64,000 bases of DNA from Rhina ancylostomus (Eukaryota). Below are positions 23,741 to 36,960 of this stretch, piece by piece (position 1 is the stretch's first letter; each line of letters opens with the position of its first letter). The notes beneath the pieces are model-generated. The model ran no database searches. It was not told the origin of the DNA and saw only the letters and a list, made by a program, of their open reading frames with translations. The stretch lies in contig JARFYF010000052.1 of assembly GCA_030265395.1 (NCBI GenBank), forward strand, positions 109,468,149 to 109,532,148. Direction: 5' to 3'. The position numbers and the translations under genes were made by a program.

Positions 23741-26239
23741 AATATGTAGATTTGCACAATGTGAGAAGCCAAACAGTTGTATTTTTTAAACTAACTAAGT
23801 GCATTATGTTTTAAGATACAAAACATGATATTGATCTTGGTAATATAGACTATTTGGAGACAAAATTATTTCTGATATACATAAGGATATTTCTGCCACG
23901 AGCCACATTATCCACACTGTGCAATGTTGATCTAAGGTTAGTAGTATCATTTGTAGCTTACTGCTCCAGCCAAAGCATTTCTCAACATTAAGCAGGAGGA
24001 GCAACATCACCAGCCCTATTTAGAGAGTCGACTTCCTTCAGGTTGGATTTTGGCTAATTTCTTCTGGCTGTTAATACAATTTTATAAGGTGTTTAATGTT
24101 TTTCCATGGTTGTTTGAAATTGTGAAAGACTATATTATAGACAGCACTGATTTTTTTATCCCCAGGCTTCAAATCAGTTTCTGTTACACAGCAGAAAATT
24201 TGCAGTTTTCCCTGCAAAAAAAGGCTTTGCTGGCAGATTGAGCAGAGGTCATAAGCTGTTGGAAGGTAGGATGGTGAGAAGGAGAAGAGAGAGCAAGAGG
24301 TAAAGGAAGGAAGGCAACAACTGTATGAGCCATTTTCTGTCAACATTGTATATGAGTAACAATGTCAAGTGAGATACCAATGATTGGAAAACTCAATTTT
24401 CCCCATCACTAACAGTCCCACACTTTATCTTCACTTTGTCACCAACTATCACATTGCCCTTCTTGGCCATAATGCAAAAATGAAGGGTACCACAAAATAA
24501 ATATTGCAAATCAAATTTATAAATAAAATCATGCCACAATTTACACAAATACGTTCCCTTGATTCCTACCCTCTCTGAACTCTACCTGCCTGATTGCTCA
24601 TATGCAAAAGTTACCTGCAGTGGTAACAGCACGGCCAGGTGAAGACTACTGAATTTCAGAGATGGAGACTTCAGCTGACCTTGGAGAGGTGTCTCTAGCA
24701 GTTCTGGATCTAGAGGCACAGCTTTAGATTACATCATCTTTGCACGAGCAGCAGTAGCTTTGTTGTTTAGCTGCCAAGTTAAAATAAGAGTGGAGTGGCA
24801 GCAGGATGAAGTAGAATGTAATCTCAAGAGGACAGGTTAATACTCCCTAGAGCGAGTCACTTATCAGGATTGTGCCTCAACAATCCTAGTAATGTGTTGG
24901 ATATGTTGTTGGACTGCTGTAAAACCCTATGTCCCTTTGAATAATGGTAGTTTAGCCATGATATGAACCATCTGAATTTGCATGACCACATTATGAGATT
25001 GCACTGTAAACACCCATATATCTGGTGGAAACTATCGTTTGCTGCCATGGAGGCAGAAACATGCTGTTGCCCACCACTTTCATGCTGAAAACAAAGAGTT
25101 TCAAGAGCTGCACAAAGAATTGTGCCAAGTTTATGCTAAATATCATGTCCCTCATCATTGAATGCACCAAGCATTTCACTGCTCACACCTGACAGTTGCC
25201 ATCTAATGAGTCTTTGTCTAAATATTCTACACCAGAACTCAATCAAACATGCCTTCTCATGTACTGGTACCAGTGCTCCCTACTCAAGCTCCAAGCCATC
25301 TGTATCTAGTGTTACACCTTGTGGACACTCTATGGGGATGGTGGTTAAATTACTGGGTTAGTATCTTTTAAGTTGCATGCAGCGTCATTGTCTGAGCTTA
25401 TAGCTAAAATTCTGAAATCAAGTAACAGTGCCTTTCCCCTGCCCTAACTGCAGGCAGGCCACACATGCCCAGTGTCTCACCAAGTGCAGATCCTGCCACA
25501 AAGTTAATCTCCAAATAAGGAAGTATCAACATCCGAGCTGGTGGTTGCACATGTTAGATTCAGTGAGGATGTGTCTTCACCTTCACTGTGTTCTTTTCCT
25601 CGTACTATGGCCAAGGCACACTGCTTGGAAATATGAAGGGAGAAAGAAACAAGAGCAAGGTTGTGGAGGGGTGGAAGATGGTAAAGATAGTTATGTGTGT
25701 TTACATAATCTGAAGATCATCAGATAAGATAGTAACATGAGCATCAAATGGCAGTTAAGAGAAGGATTAGGTGGTATTAATAACAGATTTTGTCCCACCG
25801 CTGGCCACAACCTTGACAATGCCACTTCAATAACAGTCAGCCATCTTGCCTTCACCAGTTTAGGATTTGCAAGTTTGCCTCTCCTCCTCCTCATGCTACT
25901 GGTTGTGTGCCACTGGGGTAGGGGNNNNNNNNNNTGTTTAGGTACGGTGAATTTCATAGCTGATTAAATAGCAATGTATACAAGTTTAAGACATATAACA
26001 TGAGTTTGCAGGCAGAGCTATGTGTGTAAGAGAGTGTTGCAACATACCAACATTCAGTACAGGTCCTGATTGTTATAAGCTGCTGGTAGGAGATTAATGA
26101 ATTAAGATGTGTCTGAGACAGGTGGTGCATTTGGTGGGATATATATTCTGACATGCATTTGCTGACCTTGATCATTCAATAAGAACTCGTACATCAAGCT
26201 GCTCAGCATTTAACACAATCATCCCATCCAAACCCATCA

Positions 26240-26473
26240 TCCAACACTACAGCACAGTACTGGCCCTTCAGCTCACAATGTTGTGACGACATTTTATCCT
26301 GCTCTAAGATCTATCTAACCCTTCCCTCCCACAAAGCCCCCTATTTTTCTATCATTCATGTGGCTATCTAAGAGACTCTTATATGTCCCTAATGTATCTG
26401 CCCCCAGACCCTCTGCCAGCAGTGCATTCCATGCACCCATCACTCTGTGTAATAAAACTTACCCCTGACATCC
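26240..26473 (-). mobile_element. CR1/HER1-type LINE 3' end running into a gap
   Basis: 'tacagcacagtactggcccttcagctcacaatgttgtg...gcattccatgcacccatcactctgtgt', the reverse complement of an FITQS../WNAL 3' motif plus tail. Confidence 0.7.
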
Positions 26474-27285
26474 NNNNNNNNNNNNNNNNNNNNNNNNNNN
26501 NNNNNNNNNNNNNNNNNNNNNNNNNNNNNNNNNNNNNNNNNNNNNNNNNNNNNNNNNNNNNNNNNNNNNNNNNNNNNNNNNNNNNNNNNNNNNNNNNNNN
26601 NNNNNNNNNNNNNNNNNNNNNNNNNNNNNNNNNNNNNNNNNNNNNNNNNNNNNNNNNNNNNNNNNNNNNNNNNNNNNNNNNNNNNNNNNNNNNNNNNNNN
26701 NNNNNNNNNNNNNNNNNNNNNNNNNNNNNNNNNNNNNNNNNNNNNNNNNNNNNNNNNNNNNNNNNNNNNNNNNNNNNNNNNNNNNNNNNNNNNNNNNNNN
26801 NNNNNNNNNNNNNNNNNNNNNNNNNNNNNNNNNNNNNNNNNNNNNNNNNNNNNNNNNNNNNNNNNNNNNNNNNNNNNNNNNNNNNNNNNNNNNNNNNNNN
26901 NNNNNNNNNNNNNNNNNNNNNNNNNNNNNNNNNNNNNNNNNNNNNNNNNNNNNNNNNNNNNNNNNNNNNNNNNNNNNNNNNNNNNNNNNNNNNNNNNNNN
27001 NNNNNNNNNNNNNNNNNNNNNNNNNNNNNNNNNNNNNNNNNNNNNNNNNNNNNNNNNNNNNNNNNNNNNNNNNNNNNNNNNNNNNNNNNNNNNNNNNNNN
27101 NNNNNNNNNNNNNNNNNNNNNNNNNNNNNNNNNNNNNNNNNNNNNNNNNNNNNNNNNNNNNNNNNNNNNNNNNNNNNNNNNNNNNNNNNNNNNNNNNNNN
27201 NNNNNNNNNNNNNNNNNNNNNNNNNNNNNNNNNNNNNNNNNNNNNNNNNNNNNNNNNNNNNNNNNNNNNNNNNNNNNNNNNNNNN

Positions 27286-28060
27286 AACGAGCTGATTGTT
27301 GATTTCAGGAGGGTGAACATGTGCAGGTCTACACTGGGGGATCGGTGGTGGGGAGAGTCAGCAGCTTTAAATTCCTGGGCATAAACATAATCAGATGACC
27401 TGCCCTGAGTCCAACCCACAGATGCAATGATAAGGAAAGTGCACCAGTGTCTTTACTTTCTTAGGAGGTTAGGGAGGTTGGGACTTGTCACCGAATACTC
27501 TAACAAACTTTTACAGATGTACTATTGGAATTATCCTGAGTGGTTGCATCATGGTCTGGTACGGCAATTCGAATACACAGGAATGTAAGAAGCTGCAGAG
27601 AATAGTGGGCTCTGCCCAGTACATCACAGGCACATCCCTCCCCACTATTGGTAGTATTTACAGGAGGTGCTGCCTCAAGAAGGCAACATCTATCATCAAA
27701 GATCCCGACCATCCGGGCCATGCCATCTTTTCACTGCTACCATCGGGCAGGAGATATGGAAACCTTTAAGTCCTACACTACCAGGTTCAAGAACAGCTTC
27801 TTCCCTTCAACCATTCAGTTCTTGAAATAACCGGCAAAACCCTAACCACTACAGTTTAGCAACACTATGACCACCATAGACCACTTTGCACTAAAATGGA
27901 CCGTATTTTTTGTTCTAATTGTATTTTCTTGAAAAATTGTGCATCATTAGTGTTTAATTTCTTGTGAATGCTGCTTGTATGATGCTATGTGCCTGTGATG
28001 CTGCTGCAAGTTAGTTTTTCATTGCACCCGTACATATGACAATAAATTTGACTTTTTTTT
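27286..28060 (+). mobile_element. Rex1/Babar LINE 3' part (second copy)
   Basis: ELIVDFRR, FKFLGI, LYFLRRL and ORF 27485-27769 (LTNFYRCTIGIILSGCIMVWYGN...IIKDPDHPGHAIFSLLPSGRRY); frameshifts and stops present. Confidence 0.88.
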
Positions 28061-28849
28061 CATGCAAAGTCAATGAACTCTTTGTGACAATGTATCCAAG
28101 TCCTAAAGCCTTGGCATTAACTCCTGTGCAGCACTAATGTGGTAATTTAACCACTACTCCACTATCTCCACTGGGTACCCACATGGTGATACACTAGATG
28201 TGAATGGGCTGGAGTCTGAGCAGGGGGCACAGTTGTCTGCTTTGTAATCAACCGCTATGGCTGCATGTTCAAATACCTTTTGAGTATATGCCAGGATGGC
28301 CCCTTGACCCTGTTGATACAGTGCACCTATCCAGCTTTCCACCTCAACTGAAAAATTTTGGAGTCCATTCTCTCTCAATTTTTTTCATTCTTCACTTCTT
28401 TCCAGGTCAAATCGGTTTACAAAATAACTCCCCCGGTCACAATTATCTTTCCTTTAAAGGATACATGCCTACTTTAAACATTTCTGGCAAGTTTTAAGTG
28501 ATACTAGGAAGTTAAAATCTTGGATTCCATCTGATGTGTTCAGCTAATCAACTGCACTATTAGTGTTGGCACCCAGACATCATTACAAAGAGCAGGCAGC
28601 ACAAAAGAACCAAGGTGCATGTTTTGTAATCAACAGACAAAGGCTGATTATGCATTACAATCCCTCCACCTGATTTTGGAACTATTCAACTTTCAGGTAA
28701 TGATAATGCAGTAAAAGCTTAATTATACAATACTTCACTCACTAACATGCTCCAGTAGTGCCACATCAGGTTAACCAGCACTTGTCAAGTCTGGTAACTG
28801 CTGGGCAAAAGAGCTTTTACCACAATAAAAACAAAGTGGATCAAGCAGG

Positions 28850-28985
28850 AGATGGGAAAAGGTCATTGACTCGAAATATCTACTCTCTGCCTCTCTCCAC
28901 CTATGCTGCCCAAACTGCTGAGTGTCCCCAGCATTTTCTGTATTTATTACAGATTTCCATCATCTGTACTTTTTGTTTGCTTTTC
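28850..28985 (+). repeat. Penelope-terminal-like short repeat fragment
   Basis: 'aaaggtcattgactcgaaa...ctctccacctatgctgcccaaactgctgagtgtccccagcattttctg' matches the 14590-14705 family. Confidence 0.55.
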
Positions 28986-30466
28986 AGAGCTTTGACTGTA
29001 ACTTGCAGTTATACAACGGGCTGTGTTGTGCTGACTATGGTGAATAGTTGACAATGTCAGTCCTACAGCAAAACCCAATCAGGCGAGAATACCCAGCATT
29101 GCACTAGAGAATCCACCCCTTTCAACCTACAGCTAGAATATTTAGTGTGGGACTTTTGACTCTATTGATGAGAAATGGGGATCATCAGCCAGTAGATTAG
29201 GGAAAAGGAAAGTAAGATAAGTAAATTTAATTAAGTTTTACACATTTTTTTAGTTCATATTATTTTCTTGTGTTAATATACCTTAATTATTTATTTTATC
29301 AAATAATTATGTTTAATTATTTAATGCAACCTTAATTGCAGAAACACTAAAACTGCTACAAACCCTCACAAGCGGTGAGGCTTCACCACCAGCTTTGCTC
29401 CTGTTGACAGTTGTTTCAGGAGCAGGACCACAGAAGTATGCTGCCTGATCCTACTTCATGTGAGGGGTCAGCTTGTTCAGCCTTCCGCCCTTAGTCCAGG
29501 TTCAATGAGGGCACATGGGGAGCATTGACAACAAGCCAAATCCAGCTCAATTTGGCCCACAGCCTTAAATGCAGTAAATTGTTCCAAGGTACATGACTGC
29601 AAGGCAATAGTTAAGGGCATGATTAAGGATGAAATACAAGATGCTTTGGGTTGTTTGCCGTGAAATTATTAAATCAATACCCAGTAATTGTGATCAACGT
29701 TTCAATACAAGCAAACCAAGAAAATATTCAAGGATATAATTTATAACATTTGCTAATTCAAATACAAAATATGCATCCACTTTAAGTAAAAACTGGTTTG
29801 CATAAGGAAACTAGAATACATATTTTTCTAATTCCAATTTTACCAGGAATACACTAAGCTGGCTACTTAAGAAACTAGTTAAAAACAAAAGTACTTCTAA
29901 AGTTACGAATCACTTGGGTTAACTGCCAGTTATCATGCATCTGTTGTCATCCAGATCAATGTGAAATTCCAGTATAATGTTTGACACTGAAGAAATTATA
30001 TCTCCAATGAAATAAAAATGGTGGCAGAGCTAAACCTCAGAATAATACATTCATAAATGCATCAGCCCTTCTGTACATGAAGAATGAAGCTTTCTCTGAG
30101 AGGGGGGGGGAGGAGAGAGGNNNNNNNNNNNNNNNNNNNNNNNNNNNNNNNNNNNNNNNNNNNNNNNNNNNNNNNNNNNNNNNNNNNNNNNNNNNNNNNN
30201 NNNNNNNNNNNNNNNNNNNNNNNNNNNNNNNNNNNNNNNNNNAAGGATGTGAAACAAAATCTGAAAAATGGACTTGAGATGCAGATCAGCCAGTGTTATG
30301 GGATTAAAGCACTTCTGAAATTATAACACATCTTGAATATAATTGCTTGTATAGAGGGCAATCGTACTTTAAAATGTTATTCAAAATCTAGAGATTTTTA
30401 AAACAGTTGCTGAACAGATGTTTTCATATTCTCTTCCATTAACATGGCCAACAATCATTCCCCAAC

Positions 30467-30665
30467 AGAAAACAAACAAAACTGCAGATGCTGTCATTTG
30501 AATTAAAAACAGAAATGCTGGAAGAACTCAGCCAGTCAAACAGCATCGATGGAAAGAGAAACCACTTGATGTTTCAGGTCAAATACCCTTCATCAAAACT
30601 AAAATTCTCTTTCTACACATGCTGCTTGACTGGCTGAGTTCTTCCAACATTTCTGCTTTTGATTT
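30467..30665. repeat. Palindromic short element (Penelope-terminal-derived or MITE-like)
   Basis: Arms 30510-30546 and 30619-30655 are reverse complements at 35/37 positions. Confidence 0.75.
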
Positions 30666-30812
30666 ATTCATCAACCAACACTTATCTAGTAATTTATATC
30701 ATTGTTACTAGGGGAACTTGCTATGTATAATTTAACAGCCAATTATATTACACCAATTGTTTCTCTTATAAAGTACCAAATTAGTTGAAAGGCACAATAT
30801 AAATGCAAGTTC
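30666..30812 (+). mobile_element. DeuSINE/AmnSINE-like 3' remnant
   Basis: 'ttatctagtaatttatatcattgttactaggggaacttgctatgtataattt...tgaaaggcacaatataaatgcaagt' resembles the recalled Deu-domain and tail; appears to continue from ~30440-30466 across the insertion. Confidence 0.5.
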
Positions 30813-31027
30813 TGATTGTACAGTGAGTAAGGGTATTGCAGGGAACTGACAGTATTTACTCCATGTATTGACATCCCACCTGACCCTACAGTCTCACTCA
30901 TTACCAACTGTTGGATGTGATTGAAAGCTGTTGTCTCCCTACCTCTGGCTGCACAGTTCTCCCAGCCCTGAGATTTCCCTTTGGTAATCTTAATAGCTGA
31001 CGACCACAGTTGAGGTATAAATAAAGA

Positions 31028-31110
31028 GAGTCACAAGAGACTGCAGGTGCAGGAATCTGAAGCAACATACAAGATGCTGGAGGAATTCAGCAGGTCAAGT
31101 AGCATCTATT
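31028..31110 (-). repeat. Penelope-terminal-like fragment (related copy at ~55800-55920)
   Basis: 'cacaagagactgcaggtgcaggaatctgaagcaacatacaagatgctggaggaattcagcaggtca' aligns with 55802-55880. Confidence 0.6.
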
Positions 31111-32885
31111 ATGAGTGAGGTCTTAATCAGGCCTTAATTCCATTTTTTGTGTTTAAGTCTCACTTTGTTATGAAATAAGGTTATCAGATCTTTGTATAAT
31201 GGTCCCCTTATTTTCCATAAATTTAATGTTTTGAATTACCTGTACATGGTTTCAACATACATTGCAATTTTCTGGAACATACCCTTGTGAAACTTAGGGT
31301 TAGATACTATTAACTCAAACATGAATGTTGCCTATAATTTTGTTCCTTTTCTATGGCCCATCATATGTGCAAATTAGAATACTGTGGGGAAAAAAGTCAA
31401 CAATGAAAATAACAATGTAATATAGCCAGCCCAGAGAATTGTGGGAAAGGAACAAAAAAAAAGCATACATTTCTTTTCGCCTGCTGGATCTGTTTTCCAA
31501 ATGAATCCAAGGGACAAAATGTCACATGGTCACCAAACACTTAAAAGAAACAATAAAACCTATAATGGAGGATCAGAGTAGGTTTCTCCACTATCCCTTA
31601 CCATTCCAGTATTATCTGTATAGATCCTTCCTGGCTTAAGAACAACTGACTTGCATACAGCCCCTACATAAAGAATGAGCATTTGGGAGACCAGTGGGAT
31701 AGATTTGCTGGCTGTTGCAGGGCTGGAGGCATCTTCTGCCATGGGGGATCTTGATTCGTGGCTGCATTTCCAACTTGCAATCCGTCCAGGTTACAAACAG
31801 TTCGCAAGAGTGGAACCCTGCCATAATCTGGGGAGGACTTGTACTCAAAATGAGGGCAGAACATTCAAGGTACTCATGCTTGCAAAGGAAAGTAATTTTC
31901 CAGATACATACATAAATAATGATCTGAAAGGATCTCAGTAAAATGTTCCCTTTTGATGGGTAATTTAAAATAGTTTAGTGGAAGTGTATATTGTTAGAGG
32001 GACCTTAACATTTCCCTCACTTGTCTAAGTCAGTTTTCTCTCAGAGGCTAGCAATATTTACTATCCAAAAAAAAGAGCAACAGAGAGAATAAAAACAAAT
32101 AGTGTTACTACTCTTAAAAGGGATACAAGCTATTTAAACCTTCTCCTTATGTGCTTCAAAAACCCAGATAAGCTTTTAATAATGTGTTGGAGTACAACAG
32201 TCACAGATGCTGAACTGTTACAAAGATTGTTAAGTAACTACCATGTAGTGTTTTACAGCTGAAATGACATTATATACACAAGTGCAGCTTAGAAGTGCTT
32301 TGGAAGTTTCACTTAAGGCAAATGCACTAATGACTTTTTAGAACTTCTGGCAAGTCAACTACACACTGCTTAAGTGCATACAAACCGGTGCCTGGCTGCT
32401 GTGCATTGAGATTTTTTTCCATCTCTAATATGGTTTCAATTATCAAAGATATATAGCTGCATTTGAAAAAAAACATTTGAAGGACTGAATGATTAAAAAG
32501 TTCCCTCTCTTACTATGCTGAAACCTGGTATGTAATGGTATAGCTGTCATGCATCATGAAGCCTCTGAGGATGGTTAAGGTACATCAGAAGTACCAGCTT
32601 ATGTACAGCAACTTGGCAGAAATAGATACTAAATCTTTTGGTGCTGGCTACTATTTTTGAAGCTATTACAATATGTAACCTACTATTTTAACTTTGATAG
32701 GAATTGGTAATTTGGAACAAATAACCCTGCATTGTGCCCAATAGGCTACTGAAAATAAGTTAGGAAAGCAAAGACATGTACCGATTATGCCAGTGACCCA
32801 AGATCTAACTTCTAATGTCTTATACTTTTTCTTGTTTCCCACGATTCCAGCAAAAAGCTTCGCTAGTTCAGTCAATGCAGCATTA

Positions 32886-33125
<240 letters not shown>

Positions 33126-33347
33126 TCAGTTTACTAAGGATTCATTTTATATAATCCGCTCCTAGTCTGAGATGCATTTGGATAATCAACTAATTAGACA
33201 GTCCATTAAGCAAGAGTTTATAAACTTGAACATGCATTGTCCTGGCCTTTTCAGCAGTTATTGCCGATTCCTCAAGTACAAAGGACAAAATAAATGGGTG
33301 GCAGCAACCTGTTACTTCAACTCTTTAAACTTTTATTGTCCCAAATA

Positions 33348-33956
33348 CTTCAAAAACAGGCTGCAAACTTTGTGGACTTATGTGCATGACATTGTTCAAA
33401 TTTTATGAAAATGGTTAATAATTCTGTAAATGACCTGATGTCACTATTCATGTAATGCAAGTTTACTAATTAGACTACTGGCCTATTTTGCTGTCCCAGT
33501 CTTTTCAGGCCTGATTCAGTCATACAAGGAAACAAAACTAAACTGTAGGGGAGCCAAAGATTCAGCTGCCACATTTCTATCATGAAGTAAATGTTTTGAG
33601 TAAGAAGCTGCTTAACCTTGAAAATTAAATAGACTTTGGATAGTTTTAGAACTTATTTGCTACGTTATCAAGTGCAGTAATTTGGGAAAAATTCCACTGA
33701 CTACATGGTGAATACCAGTACCACAGAGTCCCAGAAAGCAACACTAATCATGGCCTTGGAGATGGTCATGGTATGTACAGGAATGGCAAAATGTCCCAAC
33801 TGATAAAAGTGCATTTCTGTCATGGACAAAAGAAACTATGGCAGCAAAATAGGCCAGTAGTCTAATTAGTATATTTGCATTACATGAATAGTGACATCAG
33901 GTCATTTAACAATGTCATGCACATAAGTCCACAAAGTTTGCAGCCTTGTTTTGAAG
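33348..33956. repeat. Long inverted repeat: 115-bp arms around a 348-nt spacer
   Basis: 33348-33493 versus reverse complement of 33842-33956: 111/115 identical by eye, plus a 31-nt insertion (33396-33426) in the left arm. Confidence 0.95.
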
Positions 33957-34964
33957 AATTTTATGTTAGTTTACAATTTAGCTATTATACACTTTAGTTA
34001 CTTGCTATTTTAAGTATACACTAGTGCATTGTTTTTATGAACAAGTTATACCCCTGCTCAGTCTCCCAACCATACAAAATCATTTCCTTTCAATACTTAT
34101 CCAGTTCCTTTTTGAACACCACAATTGAATTTGCCCCCTCTGCTTTTGGCAGTGCATTCCAGATTCCAAATTTTTCTCATGTCACACATGGTTCTTTTGC
34201 CAATCAATTTCATTCCATATCCTCTGGTTCTTGAGCCTTCTGCCAACGCGAACTGTTTCTGCCCATCTACTGTCTAGTGCTTTCACGACTTCAAATACTT
34301 TTATCTGATCCCCTCTCAACATCTTCTTATCCAAGGAGAACAACCTAGCTTTTCTAGTCCTAGATTAAGCCAGAGACTCTGGGAATGGCTGGGGTCTCAC
34401 TCAGCAAGAGGCCACCTGCCACTCAGCAGTCCAGTTGTGCCAAACCTCAGTGTAGTTAGACCACTGAATGATGGGGCCCATCTCCTGGTGAAAAGGCAGA
34501 GAGATCCAAGCTCTGGGTGACACAGTGAGAGACAAACCTTGTTGGAGAATGGGCGCTAAGATGGTGAGGTGTTCAGGAGGCTATTCTGCTGACCCAGACA
34601 CTTTCCAACTGGAAGTGAAGGAAAGTACTGGCATTACTCCAATAGCTGCCAGTTGGTGCATCAGATGATCCAGCCTATTCTCCTTAATCAATCATGCCAC
34701 CACTCCCACATCCTCTTTCTTCTCGCCCTATCTTTCCCGAACAGTTTACAAGAATAATTAATTACCATTATTGTTCTTTTTTTGGGCAAATCTCCTTTAC
34801 TACCACCATATAATACCCACATCTTTTCATGCATCGGAAACCTTTCTTAGACCTTTATGCACTTTCTCTTACCGTGGCCCTATCTAAACCCCATGCCGTT
34901 TCTTGCTCTGTGCCCTCTCTCTCCCCCAATCCTTTATAGTTTTGTTTTTCCCCATCTTCAATGC

Positions 34965-35205
34965 TACAACGGAAGAATTTCTTCTGCCAGAAGGTGGTTA
35001 ATCTGTGGAATTCTTTGCCAAAGAGGGCAGTGGAGGCCAAGTGATTGGGCGCATTTAAGGCAGAGATTGATAGGTTTTTTATTGGTAATGGGGTTAAGGG
35101 TTATAGGGAGAAGGCAGGAGAATGGGGTTGAAAAAAAAAAGCCATGATTGAATGGCGGAGCACTCGTTGGGCCGAATGGCCCAGTCTGCTCCTATGTCTT
35201 ATGGC
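34965..35205 (+). mobile_element. CR1 LINE 3' end
   Basis: 'aagaatttcttctgccagaaggtggttaatctgtggaattctttgcc' (KNFFCQKVVNLWNSLP) and tail 'gggccgaatggccc...cctatgtcttatgg'. Confidence 0.8.
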
Positions 35206-35419
35206 TACATCCTGGTGCCCAACACCTGCCATATTAATTTTAATCCTCTTTCAACTAACCCCTGCCTTCTCCCCTGCCCCAGAAACTCCACTGATGTGCA
35301 ACATGCCCAGCTTGTACAGGTCTCACATCTCACAGAGCCTGGCCTGATGCCCTGGGAATTTAAAACCCTCCCTCCAACTATGCATTCATCTGTAATGTTC
35401 TCCAATTATTAAGCATACC

Positions 35420-35730
35420 AGCATATGGAAAAGGAAGTAGTCCAGAAATTGCTACCTCTGAGGTCCTGATTCTTGAATTCTTTTCTGATTCCTTATAATC
35501 TCTCTGCATGATCTCATCATTTTTTCTGCCTATGTTGTTTGTACCAATGTGGACCACAATTTCTAGTTCCCAGCCTTTCTATTTTCCCCACTCCTGGAGA
35601 ATGTCATGCATTCACTCAGTGGTGGCCTTTACCTTGGAACCAATAAGGTACACACAAGGCACAGCCTGTGTTCACAGTTGTAGAAACGTCTACCCAGGGA
35701 ATCTCCTATGACCACTGCATCTCTATGCTT
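35420..35730 (-). mobile_element. CR1 ORF1 remnant (SGNH esterase-like domain)
   Basis: Minus-strand translation blocks AVVIGDSL, EIVVHIGTNNIGRK and RTSEVAISGLLP occur in the order expected for CR1 ORF1p esterase. Confidence 0.75.
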
Positions 35731-36064
35731 TGATATTTCCTTGTGTATTCCTTTATTCCATGATGCAGCTTCAGCATGCTACACACCTTGAAGACTGCCT
35801 ATTTCGGCCACCCCTTTGCTACCCTGAATCCTATTTGTCTGCAGGTAGCCTCCTCCTTAAATATACACTCTCAGAAATTCTGAGCATATACCCAATAAAT
35901 TGGAGGCATTTCCTAACAGAGGAAACATGGTATGTCCTGAAGTTACCACTTGGCAGAAGGTAATAGGTCATAGACAACCAGCTGTGATCTATGAAACCTG
36001 GCATTTCTTCTCCATTTTCTTTTTAGATACATTTATTATTAATTTGTTATGCTGACTGAACCAA

Positions 36065-36330
36065 CGTATGAACTAATAGCTGGAGTAGGCCTCTCAGCTC
36101 CTCAAGCCTGCTCTATTTAGTTAGATCATGGCTGATCTGAAAGTAACCTCAACTCTACATGCACGTCCATCCCAGTAACATTCCATCTTCTTGCTTTTCA
36201 AGTACCTATCTACTTCAACCTTAAAAATATTCAAAGACTGTTGCTTCCTGCCCTTGAGGAAGAGAGCTCCAGAGACTTTCAATGCTATGACAAAAAAAAA
36301 CCTCTCATCTTTGCCTCACCCCATCAAGAC
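36065..36330 (-). mobile_element. CR1 3'-end remnant (similar remnants at ~39600-39790, ~45410-45590, ~54040-54400)
   Basis: 'ggagtaggcc...agatcatggctgatctg' tail motif recurs at these loci. Confidence 0.55.
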
Positions 36331-36699
36331 CCAACAATGTTGTTTGCTTCCCTACTTAATTGCTGTATATACTGTATCCTGTCCTTAATTTTCTTACCTT
36401 GACAGCACAATTTAAATTACTGATGAACTAAGCAAGTAGCACCTCTCCCTTGTTCACCAAAATGCAGTTCTTTACAATCAGTAAAAGCTGCACCCCATGC
36501 ATTTGCACCCCAAAAACATTTACTTTATCAAATCCCAGATTCTCAACCAGCCAACAGTAATTTCAGGTAATCAGTTCTACTCGCAATCAAATTGTTTTTA
36601 AATGTATCTGCTGTATTGCACACAAGCACTTGATTAGAGGTTCTTGTATCTTGCTTGATCTTGCTGGGTATTCTGTGAAAAGTAACACACCTCTTGGCA

Positions 36700-36960
36700 C
36701 CCCAAACACCTTATATTATGTACAAGAAGCAAATCAGGAGTATATTGGACTATCCATCATGTCAAGAAATCGCACACAATCCAGGACAAGGCAGCCCACT
36801 TGATCAGCATGGACCATTTACAAAATGCATTGAAATTACTTGCCTAGGCTATTGCACCATCTTCTTCAAAGAGACCTGTACTCTCAAGAGGGTATAAGCA
36901 ACAGGTGAATGAGAACACCACCCCATACAAGATTCCCTCCAGGTCATATACAGCTTGACT
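36700..36960 (+). mobile_element. Ancient CR1-like LINE C-terminal remnant
   Basis: YKKQIRSILDY and IQDKAAHLI-like blocks; probably the same family as 63230-64000 and 47200-47515. Confidence 0.5.

Noticed and set aside
26379-27419. Long ORFs of 333-346 aa (also 12288-13022, 38211-38937, 40680-41348)
   Set aside because: Their length comes from N runs translated as X.
29986-30015. Hammerhead-like CTGAAGA…GAAA
   Set aside because: Stem II would be only 3 A-U pairs and there is no stem I or III; likely chance.
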